NCBI RefSeq assembly: GCF_046119375.1
Contig: NW_027362762.1
Coordinates: forward strand, 500,216,001 to 500,280,000
Reading direction: 5' to 3'
Source of the DNA: Phyllobates terribilis
Taxonomy: Eukaryota
DNA length: 64,000 nt
The notes beneath the pieces were generated by a model. It did not search any database. It saw only the letters and a program-made list of their open reading frames with translations, and was not told the DNA's origin. Each line of letters starts with the position of its first letter. The first letter of the stretch is position 1. Both the position numbers and the translations under genes were made by a program. Of the stretch, positions 1 to 11,399 are shown in pieces.

Positions 1-138
1 ATTAAAAAATTACAAATCTATCATTCGTTATACAAAATTATAGTAGACATAACATCTCTAGGAGAAATGTGCTTCCACCCTTTCATCCCAATAGATACCA
101 AATTCTTCTGTAAATTATTCAAAATAAAATAGTTAAAT

Positions 139-144
139 TTTATT
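139..144 (-). promoter_or_regulatory. Candidate AATAAA polyadenylation signal of AIRIM
   Basis: TTTATT on the + strand about 330 nt downstream of the AIRIM stop; only positional support. Confidence 0.45.
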
Positions 145-471
145 GTTTAAATATATTAGTCCAAAATGATACAATACAGATTTACTCTGAGCCAGTTCAG
201 TAGTTTCCTTATTTCAGGAACCCGTTTTCTTGATCTGTAGTAGTCCTCAGTGTCCCATTAATCTCCTACCCAGTAATATCAGGAACCTGCCTATAAACAT
301 ATATATACTGCTGGAGGAATACTACAAGTAGCAGCTCCTTTCACCGGTCAGGAAGTACATTCAACGATTCCGCTTCTCCGCTGGGCTGTACTGAATATCG
401 CTACCATACTTCATACTGACCAAGCTAATAAACCACTAGAACCAACTCGCAATGCCGATATGAAGTCTTTG

Positions 472-524
472 TCAGAGACTCGAGTTTGTGGCTTCTCGAA
501 AGAATGATACATTCAGCAACATAT
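472..524 (-). CDS. AIRIM: AIRIM coding exon 4 with stop codon (absent from the ORF track)
   Basis: ttacag|AT ATG TTG CTG AAT GTA TCA TTC TTT CGA GAA ... TGA; completes D-MLLNVSFFRE. Confidence 0.88.
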
Positions 525-3500
525 CTGTAAGTAGATAAAGCAGTTATTACAATCTGAGTACAGTATAAAAAGTACACATAGACATGAACATGCAGCTAAG
601 TAAGTGACATTTACTAAAACTGGCACCATGGTGGAATCCAGTGTCAATGTGTGAAACCCAGGGTCATACATGCAACCAGGCCCTCCTTGAGGGAATTACA
701 TAATTAAAAAAGTATAAACTAGATGTTCTATGTGTCCATGGTGTCATTTTAACTACTCATAACAACGATACAATGCAATTATTGTATTCTTTGGACTATA
801 CGATGCATTTTTAGCAAGAAAAAGTGTGTGTGTGTTTTATAGTCTGGATGCAGCTTCCTATGACTGAGCCAAGTGTCATTCCAAACTCCCTGCCCGATAC
901 TGATCTATCTGCTCAGTGCAGGGCAGGAGAGAACTGAACAGGACCTGCACAAGAAGGCTGCAGGTCCTGAGAAGTTGAAGGACTTTTCAGGTCAGGTGAT
1001 CAGTCACATGCCAGGAAAGCGCTTCAAAATGTAATAATATATACATTTCAAGCTGTAATAAAATCAGTGTGTAGGCTTTGTCAATTTGTGTGTGTATATG
1101 AATGCAGGACAGCTGTGTGTGCATCTGTACATACAGTGGTGTGAAAAAGTGTTTGCCCTTTTCCTGATTTCTTATTCTTCTGCATATTTGTCACACTTAA
1201 ACGTTTCAGATCACAAAACAAATTTAAATATTAGACAAAGATAACACAAGTAAACACAAAATGCAGTTTTTAAATGAAGGTCTTTATTATTAAGGGGAAA
1301 AGTAATCCAAACTTGCGGGGCCCTGTGTGAAAAAGTCAATGCCCTCCCACCCTTAAAACATAAATTATCTATGGTTGATCACATCTTTGGGGAGCTGAGT
1401 TCAATTTCCCTAGCCACACACAGGCCTGATTACTGCCACACCTGTTCTCAAACAAGAAATCACTTAAAATAGGATCGGCCTAACAAAGTAAAGTAGACCA
1501 AAAGATCCTCAAAAGCTAGACATCATGATGTGATCCAAAGAAATTCAAGAACAAAAGAAAAGCAAATGTGAAAGCACCCTTACTGTGAATTCACAAGTCA
1601 TACTATTCTTCAGCCCATCATTTCATGTTACAAGGAGAGGCTAAGCAGTGCAGTCTGACAAAGGTAAACACTATTTAGAGGTCCTCTGACAATGGTGGTC
1701 AGTGCATCTAAGTTGGCATGTGTAAACCACAGCATGGCAGCACACTGAGGCCTTTTGTCCATCCAGACTTTCTAAAGGTCACACACCTTGTGATTCCATT
1801 ATGCTGTGGTTTACACATGCTGATTTCTGCTAATTAGATGCACTGACCACCATTGTCAGAGGACCTCTGAAAAGTGTTTACCTTTCCAGCATGGCCCCTT
1901 GCTGAAGGATTGACCAGAGCTTCACAATCAGACTATAATGCTCAGCCTCCTCTTATTTTACATGAAAATAGGGGCCAAGGAAGGGTATAATCTGTGAATC
2001 ACAGACAGGATTTTGGCTATATCCTTGACAAGATCTCGGTTTAATATTTATTTTCCCTGTATGGATTGTGAGTAAACAGCGGAGATTTGATTGCATAGTG
2101 TGAACTACCGCCTTCTTATTGGCACCCAATGAAATCTGGACTCTCCCATTGTTATTCACTCATATATTCAAGTGCCTCCTTGAATCTCTATGCTTGTTGA
2201 TTAAATGCGTGAATATTGCTTTTGGGTTGTTAATGGGTTGTTTAAACTCTATGACTGCTGATTCAGACATTTACAGCAGTCACCTAATAATTACATAAAC
2301 CACTTAATGAGTATGTCTGCACAGTTTGCATGATTACATTTGTTGCATAGTTGGTGACTATTTCAGCTCCTAGGGGGTTAAACACTAAAGTCGGCTTTTG
2401 TAAATCTTTATATGTAGCTTTTTACTACTTGTAAAATATTATATTTCTGCTACTGGTTTTTGTTTTCTTATAGGCCAGAGACCAGCTAATGTGTTTTTTT
2501 TAATGTTTTCCCATGTTCAATTTGTTTGTATGCACAATTTTTCCAGTAATGAATTTAATGTTTGGAGAATTGAGGGGATTTTTTAAATAATAAAAATTAT
2601 ACTAATTATTTATCCTCTTGAATTTGTTGGTGTGCTTGTTAGTTCTGGACGGTTTGCGTTTCTTTCTTCTATTAATTCATATACCAGAATAAGTTGAGAT
2701 AATTTGAAGCATTTACATTTCCTTAGGTGTGGGCCTCGATATATTTTCTTCTGATTTCATTATTTAATCTTATATAGCGGTATTATTGGAAATATTGGTC
2801 TTCTAGTAAATCTTGATTTCCTCCAGGCTGGGAAACATTTGTAATAGAGGCTTCCATCTGGAGTAGGGGAAGGGGTAATGAACACCGTGGATCTGTGTGC
2901 TTTCAAATATGGGGACTGAATTTCATTATTACACAGGGGTTTCTAACTAAGAGGAAAAAATCTATACATAAACACCAAACTATATTGGTAGATTTAATCC
3001 GGAAATCCAAATGTCCAGAGAGAGAGCAGATGGACAGTCATATAGGAAGGCATGCATGCATATAGCCGAAAATAATGTACAGAACTCTAATCCACCCATC
3101 AGGACAAGTCCTTTCACAATACCTTCTTCTGTTAGCCAGAGCAAATCCCAGATCTCGCTTGGCTGAGCTAGGCAAGTGTTACATGGTCGCTCATCCATAT
3201 TTTAGGCGCTCTGTAGAAGAATATTTCCGTTGCTTTAGTGCTAGGACTTCTGTGTCAAAAAATATATTTCAGTCATTTATACAATACCTTCAACAAGATG
3301 TTGCTTTGTTGTGACTTTATCATTTAATCTTTCCCAAGACTGAGTTACATCTTTGATATCTGACAATTGATGATCCTGTACATTTAGCAGAAGCTTCCTT
3401 TGTAGGTATCTATGACATAGTTAAGGCACATTTTCCTAGATGGTTCTCAGACTTTGAAGACTCTTCCCCATGACCAGCTGTGTGTTCTCTAATGAAGGAC

Positions 3501-6500
3501 TGTTACCCAACACTGTTAACCCCTTCACGACATCCGCCGTATATCTACGATGCCACAAGAAATGCGTTCCTGCAAACCAGCATACATGTACAGTGCGACG
3601 ACTGCGCCTGCTCACCAGCAGACCCGGCGAAATCATCAACGGGTGTCATCTATACATCATAGCTGACACCATGCAGCAATGCCCACGATTGGTGCTAGTG
3701 CCAATCGAGGGCATTTAACCCCATTGATGCAATGTACTTACAGAGGGAGGGAGCTCTCTCTATACTTTGATCGGCACAGAGCAATTGCATCATATCGATA
3801 ATCTCCATGGTGACCCCAGGCTGAAAAATGGCAGCAAGGTCATCCAGGTATGGTGGCCTGTAAGGGTCCTGCCAGGACTTGACACTCCTCTTGCCTGTGT
3901 CTGATTGACAGCTCTAATACCCTGCAATGCAAAATCAATGCAGAGTATTAGATCAGCGATCAGGCTAGGAAAAGTTGATGCCGCATACTGGGGCCAAAAA
4001 GAAAAGTAATAAAAAGGTGAAATAAAGTTTGTAAATATGTGAAAAAATAAACGGGAAATTACGGAAAAAAAAATAGAAAAATGTTTTGCAAGTAAAAAAT
4101 CTGGTTATTTCTGTAACAAAAGTAAAGGAAAAAAAGTACACGTTTGGTATGGCCGCGTCTGTAACAAACCAATCTATAAAACGGTCATATTATTTAACCC
4201 ATTTGGTCAACGTTGTAAAAAATAAAATAAAAAAAAAGGACCAAAAATATAGCTGTTTTGTAATACTAACACACAAATCATAGAATAAAAAAAGTGATAA
4301 AAAAAAATGCATACAAAAAATTGGTTCAAAAGCATAAAGTGGGAAGGCACCTCCAGTTAAAACAATCTTCAAACTTCATTTCATATCAAAAAGGAGAATA
4401 AAAATTTACACATGTTGGCGGTAAAAACACTGACGCGTTTCTGGCGCTGAGCGCGCCCTTAGTCATAGAGCATCCCAAAAAAAATCGTATTAATAAAAAC
4501 ATCATCTTGTCCCCCAAAAACAAGCCGTTACATAGCTCCGTTGTCAAAAAAATAAAGTTACAGCTATCAGAGTATGATGATGAAAAAACATAAAAAATCT
4601 ATATTAATCTGGTATCACTAATATCAAAATGACCCAAAGAATAAAGTTGCCTGATCACTTTTACCGCACAGAGAATGGCGTGAAAAAAAATATAAACATT
4701 TATGAATTTCTGGTTTTTGTTCACTCTGCCACCCATAAAATTGAAAAAAAAAAGCGATCAAAAATGGTATGTAATCCAAAATGGTACAAATAAAAACGTC
4801 AACTCACCCCACAGAAAAGAAGCCCCCACACAGCTTGTTCAGCGGAAAAATAAAAAAAGATATATCTCTCAAAATATGGCAATGCAATAACAAATACTTT
4901 TTTTTGTAAATCAATGTTTTAGCGTGCAAATTATGAACATACTTTATAACAAAGGTGTTGTTGTAATAGTACTTACCCAAAGAATAAAGTTGTCATATCA
5001 CGTTTACTGCGAGGTGAACAGCGTAAAAAAAGGAAGACAATTCATGAATTGCTTTTTATTTGTTCACTTTATTTCTCAAAAATTCAAATAAAAAGCAAAT
5101 AAAAAATGCACCCCCAGATAGCACCAATTAAAACATCATCTCATCCTGCAAAAGTCAAGTCCCATCTCAGATTTGATGAAGGAAAAATAGAGGCTGTCCA
5201 TTCTCCTAGTAGTTCAGAGGCGTTGGAAAAGCGACATGGCTACCTAAAAAAAAAACAATCTAATAAAATCCAAGCTCGGAAAGGCAAACCCCCCCCCCCC
5301 CCTTATGAGCACCCCAGCGTACCCAAACCACACTTAACATCAATATCTATGGCATTGCTGCAAAGGGGAGAATGCACTTAGCGGGGTTCTCTGGGTCTAA
5401 TCATTGATGATCTAGCAGCTGCATATTTATTCAATATGAGATCGGTGGGAGTCCGACACCAGCATACCCACCTATCTGCTGAAAATGGCTCCGGCAGTGG
5501 CCGGACCTTAGCGATGTGCGAGCGCAACACCACAGCAGCCCTGTACATTTCTTAGTAGATGAGTACTGAGCTTTATCTCCCATTGAAGTGAATGTACTGT
5601 AGTATTCAGGCAGCAGCCACAAAGCAATGTACAGGGTTGCTGTATATAGCCCATACATCACTTAGGCTAGGTCCCCTTATCCATGCACCTAACATACAGT
5701 ATATACGTCTGGAAACTTTTCCAGACGTATATGGTAATGGCCGACCATTCACCAGACGAGGCTAAAAGTGTGTTCTTTCAGTCTCCGTTTATCCTGCATG
5801 CACTTATGTAAATGTATAAGAAAGCGCAGCAGATTGCACTTCCCTATACAGGGGGACACTGCAAAGAGATGTAAACCATGCAACATCTCTCTTTATAGTG
5901 GGCCCCTATAGTGGATGGATCTATCCTGACAGAGCACACTGACGGGCTCATACCTCCCGGGCTTATGCATACTACAGTGTCCACAAGCGCAGTGTGGACT
6001 TAGCCTTAGTTTGGGCCACTGCCCGAGAGGTTTCAGCTGATCGTGAGAGTGTTGGATCCCCACCAATCTTTTATTGTGATGAGCTGTCAATTATTAGGTC
6101 CTGGACAACCTTTTTAACAATTTATGCGGCACATGTCTCTAGAAGCACAAGCCGGGAACTATCTATTGGGCACTAAAATGGCATATTTGTAATTTTCACG
6201 CTGCAACATCCATTGTGCATTGTGCACTGATTTTTGGAGAATGCCAATGGGGTCAAAAAATAGTCACTACACCCCTAGATGATTTCGCTGAGTGTAATTA
6301 GCAAAATGGGGTCAACTTTTCGGGGATTTCTGCTGTTTTAGAAACTCAGTGGCTCTGCAAATGGTGCCCAAACTACTTTAGGAAAATCTGCTCCCTAAAA
6401 GCCAAATGGCATTCTCCCTATTCTGAGCCCTGCAATACACCCAAACAAAAGTGTATGACCACATATAGGGTATTGCTGCATTCGGAAGAAATTGCTTTAT

Positions 6501-8197
6501 AAATGTTTGGGTCCATTTCTTCCTATTGTTCTCTGTGAAAATTAAAAATTTGGGGGTAAAATAACATTTGTGTGTAAAAAAATATATATTTTTCATTTAG
6601 AAGTCCTAATGTTAAAAAAAATCTGTGAAGCACCTGTGGGTTCACCATGCTCACCCAAGAATTCCTTAAGGGGTGTAATTTCCAAAATGGGGTAATTTGT
6701 GGGAAGTTATTGCTCTTCTGGAAATACAAGGGCTCTATATATGTGGCATGGTGTCCGCAAACCATACGAGCAAAGTCTGATTCCCAAAACGGCATTCCTT
6801 TCTTTTGGAGATCTACTGTGTCCCCGATAGTAGTTTTCCCAAACATATGGGGCAATAGTGTACTCAGGAGAAAAATTGGGTTGTCCATTTTCTCTTGTTA
6901 CTCTTGTGAAAAATGAAAAATTGGGGGCAAAAGCACCATGGTGGGGAAAAAAATTAAAAGGGGTATTCCCATCTTCAAGATCCTATCCCAATATGTAGTA
7001 GGTGTAATAATAATATTAGCAAATACCTCCGATTAGAAATGTAGTATAGTTCTTCTCTTTCCTCGTGTGCAGGCATTGCAGTACCTTAGGTATCCATGGT
7101 ACAGAGTAGTCTCGAAAGCTTGCGATTTATTACCATCTTTTCAGTTAGCCATATAAAGGAATTAAACAATGACGAATTTCAAATTTTAATACTTTTCTAT
7201 CTACTGCCTAACACGGTACAAAGATATTATTTTTCATGTGTCAAATGGCAGGAACTTGTGCACAAAGACGTGAATTTCCTTCAAACAGTAAAAATCTCAT
7301 TTAGAAAGGATACTGGTTTCTATAATATTTTTCGGTGTCTTGAAGCCACTCTAACATATCGGCTACAGAAGGGCTGTGACAAGTGCGTTCCAGGGATGCC
7401 TCGAGGCTGAGCCTCTCTGAGTTCACCTCGTAAACATAGAGGACCGATCCCACCTGGTGGCTGACAGAGTCCCTTACTCCTTGGAGTATACACCTGCAAT
7501 AATAAATCAGTCCTGTCATACTGCATGAAGCTTACCTTCCTCACATAATTGGAATACTACATTTACCACATACATTATTGTTCTACATGAAAATATATGG
7601 TATATATGATATCATACATTAAAGCTCAGTCTCTGTGACATGACGATCCTTCTTCTCTGTGACACTGCTTTGTTGGTTGGGCAACCTCTAATGCCAAAAA
7701 GTCCCAAAAACAGTTTAGCACAAAAAAGTCATTTTTTTTTATTTGCACCATTTTCAAGAATTTGCTGCCAAAAATGGCAACTAACACTACGAAAGAAAAA
7801 ATGAATGGGACTTAAAAAAAAAACGCAAATGATTCGAGATATCATTGAGGTTTTATTAATAAATAAGGATCTAAGATCTAGTATCAAATATGCAACCTTA
7901 ACTTTTGTCCACAGTGAAAACTTACATGTTCTCATTGAGCTTCTGAAGAGTTAGGTCAACAGCAGCCTCAAGCTTATAGCGAAGGCGATCTTGTAGATCA
8001 GTGAAGGCACAGAGGGGAGTCTTTGAAAAGACAACTTTATGGCAAGCCTGGAGCTGCTCCGCCAGGTTACTCAATGAGCTCACCAAGGGGGCGCACTCCA
8101 ATATAGCACGGTTCCATTCCTTATGTTGTTGCTCTAAAGCATCGAAGCACCGTCTAAGGGACTGCTGAACAGAAAGCAGGGCGGCATCTTCTGACAT
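472..8197 (-). CDS. AIRIM: AIRIM / C1orf109 (AFG2-interacting ribosome maturation factor), spliced CDS join(8197..7926,7493..7314,3409..3288,524..472), 627 nt = 208 aa + stop
   Basis: Four exons with canonical AG/GT ends and matching phases (2,2,1). Translation MSEDAALLSVQQSLRRCF...LSNLAEQLQA...SPSVADMLEWLQD...YLQRKLLL...DMLLNVSFFREATNSSL* follows my recollection of human C1orf109 (LSNLAEQLQA, SPSVADMLEWLQD, DILLNVSFFLEE). Confidence 0.93.
1134..1565 (+). mobile_element. 5' fragment of a Tc1-like DNA transposon
   Basis: TA + CAGTGGTGTGAAAAAGTGTTTGCCC terminus, inner direct repeat GTGTGAAAAAGT..TGCCC near 1325, degenerate transposase start near 1526. Confidence 0.7.
1660..1885. repeat. About 226-bp fold-back (palindromic MITE-like) element in AIRIM intron 3
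   Basis: Arm aaaggtaaacactatttagaggtcctctgacaatggtggtcagtgcatctaa is the near-exact reverse complement of ttagatgcactgaccaccattgtcagaggacctctgaaaagtgtttaccttt; a second inner arm pair gcatgtgtaaaccacagcat. Confidence 0.8.
3288..3409 (-). CDS. AIRIM: AIRIM coding exon 3 (absent from the ORF track)
   Basis: atag|A TAC CTA CAA AGG ... GTT GAA G|gtattg; encodes YLQRKLLLNVQDHQLSDIKDVTQSWERLNDKVTTKQHLVE. Confidence 0.88.
3520..6950. mobile_element. Remnants of large AT-rich non-autonomous TTAA-type (piggyBac-like) elements with younger inserts
   Basis: TTAA-CCCCTT start at 3516-3525; 6165-6950 resembles the interior of the 40743-42529 element; right end not resolved. Confidence 0.45.
4326..4473 (-). 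mobile_element. 148-nt Penelope-like terminal-repeat module with a hammerhead-ribozyme-like motif (copy 1)
   Basis: Minus strand atgctctATGACTAagggcgc-gctca-gcgccaGAAACGCGTCagtg...; a second copy with the same boundaries lies at 32477-32615. Confidence 0.6.
6958..7099 (+). mobile_element. Left half of a Kolobok/T2-type MITE (same family as 34767-35374)
   Basis: TTAA-AAGGGGTATTCCCATC..AAGATCCTATCCCAATATGTAGTAGG; interrupted after CCATGG. Confidence 0.7.
7100..7235 (+). mobile_element. Penelope-like 3' terminal fragment with a partial hammerhead (GAAAGCTTG only)
   Basis: ctcGAAAGCTTGcgatttattaccatcttttcagttagcc...ctatctactgcctaacacggtac resembles a common anuran PLE tail as I recall it; not searched. 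Confidence 0.45.
7314..7493 (-). CDS. AIRIM: AIRIM coding exon 2
   Basis: Acceptor ttgcag|G, donor CA|gtatcc; encodes CILQGVRDSVSHQV...SPSVADMLEWLQDTEKYYRN. Confidence 0.92.
7926..8197 (-). CDS. AIRIM: AIRIM coding exon 1 (ATG at 8197; acceptor ttctag one base upstream, so a non-coding exon lies further 5')
   Basis: Lies within ORF 7922..8245; donor AT|gtaag at 7925. Confidence 0.92.
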
Positions 8198-10106
8198 TCT
8201 AGAATGGAAACATGTATTGTAAACCATTGGGTAGTACAGAAACATATGGTTGCAAGAAAAAATAAGTGAACACTGTAGAATGACTTAGATAGCCATCTAA
8301 GCCATGACTGTAGAAAAACACAATCTAGCTGATCTAATAACATATACAAACAGTTATATTGAGCCCATGACATTTACTAATGATAATGTCCCATGCCTTG
8401 GGAGGTATGCCCCTAACAGTGTGCACAGTCAGGGAGAATGCCAAGGCATCTGTCCCCAATAGAGACCCATTTCAAAAAAAAAAAAAAATGTAAACCACTT
8501 GGTATACATTTCTTTGCAGTGGACCTCTGTATAGAATGGCGCAGCCTGTTGCTCTTTCCTATACAGTAAAACAATCGGTATGTATGTGCAGACCTGCCGG
8601 ACAGAAGCTGTCAGGTTATTGCACAGGGCTAGCACATATGAGGGCATATGGATGTGATAGAGGTTGGCTTCCGCACTGACAAGCAGCAGCTCTGGCGGAC
8701 CGGACTTTGTTTATATGACATGCCATCCACAATTTACCCTGGTATACTGTGTTCAATGCTGTCGCAATAGCTCATAGCAACAAAGAATTCAGGAAGCTGC
8801 CTAAAGGTTTTAAGCCTGCAAACCCCCAGGGATGGTAACAGATTGACAACGATGTCCTTCCATATTCTGGCTGATGTCACTGGAGATGGCCTATGATGAG
8901 GTATCTTGGTCTGTGGGACATCAATCAAGGCAGAGAAAAGAGCAGCTAAGTATAATACTCAGGAGAAAATCTCCACCCTTATGACTCCTTACAGGTAATT
9001 ATAAAACGAGTGCCCTGTCTTCAAATCACTTTATCTGTGTTACTCTGCACCAGCCAGAATATAATAGATTATCAATTTCACCAGGATTGTGGTGCTTTTA
9101 GGACCAAAATCTTTCTATCAGGTTTCCTTAAGCTATGGTCATATGAAATGGTCTTGCTGAAGATTATTAAGTAGCGTATCTGCAGAAGAATCATCATGCA
9201 TAACAAGTCGACTTTGCATATTTCCAGGGGATTACACCCTTTGCATTGAACAAATCCTTAGATTACATTCACATGTTGCAACCACGTTGCGTTTTTTAAC
9301 AGCAGTCAATGTGGCAATGTAAGTCTTATCCCAAAAAAACAACATATCTGCAAAATGTGATCTCGGCCTTAAAAGGAAACTATCATGAAAAAATTACATA
9401 GGTACTATTATTAAATGTATTTTTTCACACATTTTTAGCAATTTTTTCTTAGACATATCACATTCTGTATTAAAAATAAAAAAATAGAAATTGTACTATT
9501 TTCGACTCTTACTTGCTTTTGTTTCAGGAAACAATACATGTATATAGCCACAATGGTCTGATCCTGTCCCTATCTGTTATATTGAAGAGTCTAATGAGTC
9601 TGTGCAAAGGTCATTGTGAAGGGAGCAGGGTCAGGAGTGAAATGCTCTATTGTGATTGGTGGATCCTGTGTTATCAGCTGTGTATTGGGGTGTTAATTCT
9701 CATTATAAGGGCACGCTCACACTGGTGTATATATCACGGCCGTGTGCTATGTGATGTTTTATTGGACAGCACTCAGCCCAATGTTGTACTATGAGGCAGT
9801 GCAGATCTGTGATTTTTTTGCCTCAGGCTGATTCAGCATGAAAACAATCTCAGTATGCTGCGGGTGGCTCCGATATTCGGATCACGTGCACCCATACAAG
9901 TCTGTGGGTGCGTGTGACACATCAGGTTGCACTCGGAATGAATCCGAATGCAGTCCAATAATACGCGCACAAAGACAATGGAGAAATTAAGTTCTCCGTC
10001 TTCTTCACACCTCTGTTATGATTCGCCCATGTGAAAGAACCGGATCACAATAAGGTGACACTCGGATCAAACAAGTCTGACAAGCAGACAGTGAAATGTT
10101 TCACCC

Positions 10107-11255
10107 CATAGAGAATCACCTGCTGTAACATCAGCATACACCAATGTCACGGGTCATAGAGAATCACCAGCTGTAACGTCAGCATACACCAATGTCACGG
10201 GTCATAGAGAATCACCAGCTGTAACGTCAGCATACACCAATGTCACGGGTCATAGAGAATCACCAGCTGTAACGTCAGCATACACCAATGTCACGGGTCA
10301 TAGAGAATCACCAGCTGTAACGTCAGCATACACCAATGTCACGGGTCATAGAGAATCACCAGCTGTAACGTCAGCATACACTAACGTCACGGGTCATAGA
10401 GAATCACCCGCTGTAACGTCAGCATACACTAACGTCACGGGTCATAGAGAATCACCCGCTGTAACGTCAGCATACACTAACGACACGGGTCATAGAGAAT
10501 CACTCGCTGTAACGTCAGCATACACTAACGTCACGGGTCATAGAGAATCACCGGCTGTAACGTCAGCATACACTAACGTCACGGGTCATAGAGAATCACC
10601 GGCTGTAACGTCAGCATACACTAACGTCACGGGTCATAGAGAATCACCGGCTGTAACGTCAGCATACACTAACGTCACGGGTCATAGAGAATCACCAGCT
10701 GTAACGTCAGCATACACTAATGTCACGGGTCATAGAGAATCACCTGCTGTAACGTCAGCATACACTAACGTCACGGGTCATAGAGAATCACCGGCTGTAA
10801 CGTCAGCATACACTAACGTCACGGGTCATAGAGAATCACCGGCTGTAACGTCAGCATACACTAACGTCACGGGTCATAGAGAATCACCGGCTGTAACGTC
10901 AGCATACACTAACGTCACGGGTCATAGAGAATCACCGGCTGTAACGTCAGCATACACTAACGTCACGGGTCATAGAGAATCACCAGCTGTAACGTCAGCA
11001 TACACTAATGTCACGGGTCATAGAGAATCACCTGCTGTAACGTCAGCATACACTAACGTCACGGGTCATAGAGAATCACCGGCTGTAACGTCAGCATACA
11101 CTAACGTCACGGGTCATAGAGAATCACCGGCTGTAACGTCAGCATACACTAACGTCACGGGTCATAGAGAATCACCTGCTGTAACGTCAGCATACACCAA
11201 TGTCACGGGTTATAGAGAATCACCTGCTGCAACGTCAGCATACACTAATGTCATG
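10107..11255. repeat. 48-bp minisatellite, about 24 copies, in AIRIM intron 1 next to the promoter
   Basis: Unit gggtcatagagaatcacc(a/g/t)gctgtaacgtcagcatacac(c/t)aa(t/c)gtcac; line starts recur every 240 nt (5 x 48). Confidence 0.97.
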
Positions 11256-11399
11256 GGCTACAACGTGTCCTATCAAACTCAGTCTTGTCACAAGCTAGGA
11301 CATGGCTTTTTTCCATAGGGGTGTACTTATTTATGTATTCCGCACCACTAATACTAGCACATAAAGCCCCGCATGTCATGTGTGCTGGCTGGGTACACC

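Noticed and set aside
200-256. CTGAGGA ... GAAAC on the minus strand in the AIRIM 3'UTR, hammerhead-like
   Set aside because: No convincing stem II, stem III or cleavage triplet could be drawn.
1953-3314. Short ORFs in AIRIM intron 3, possibly old LINE debris
   Set aside because: No motif strong enough to name. ORF 3075..3314 only overlaps the real exon 3 on the opposite strand.
10107-11255. CRISPR-like appearance of the regular repeats
   Set aside because: The units are contiguous with no unique spacers, there are no cas genes, and the context is eukaryotic.
10107-11326. A stop-free + frame through the whole 48-bp array (HRESPAVTSAYTNVTG repeated), resembling a mucin-like protein
   Set aside because: A TGA at 10092-10094 precedes it, the only ATG is at the very end, and it lies antisense in an AIRIM intron. 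A 48-nt unit keeps any stop-free frame open automatically.
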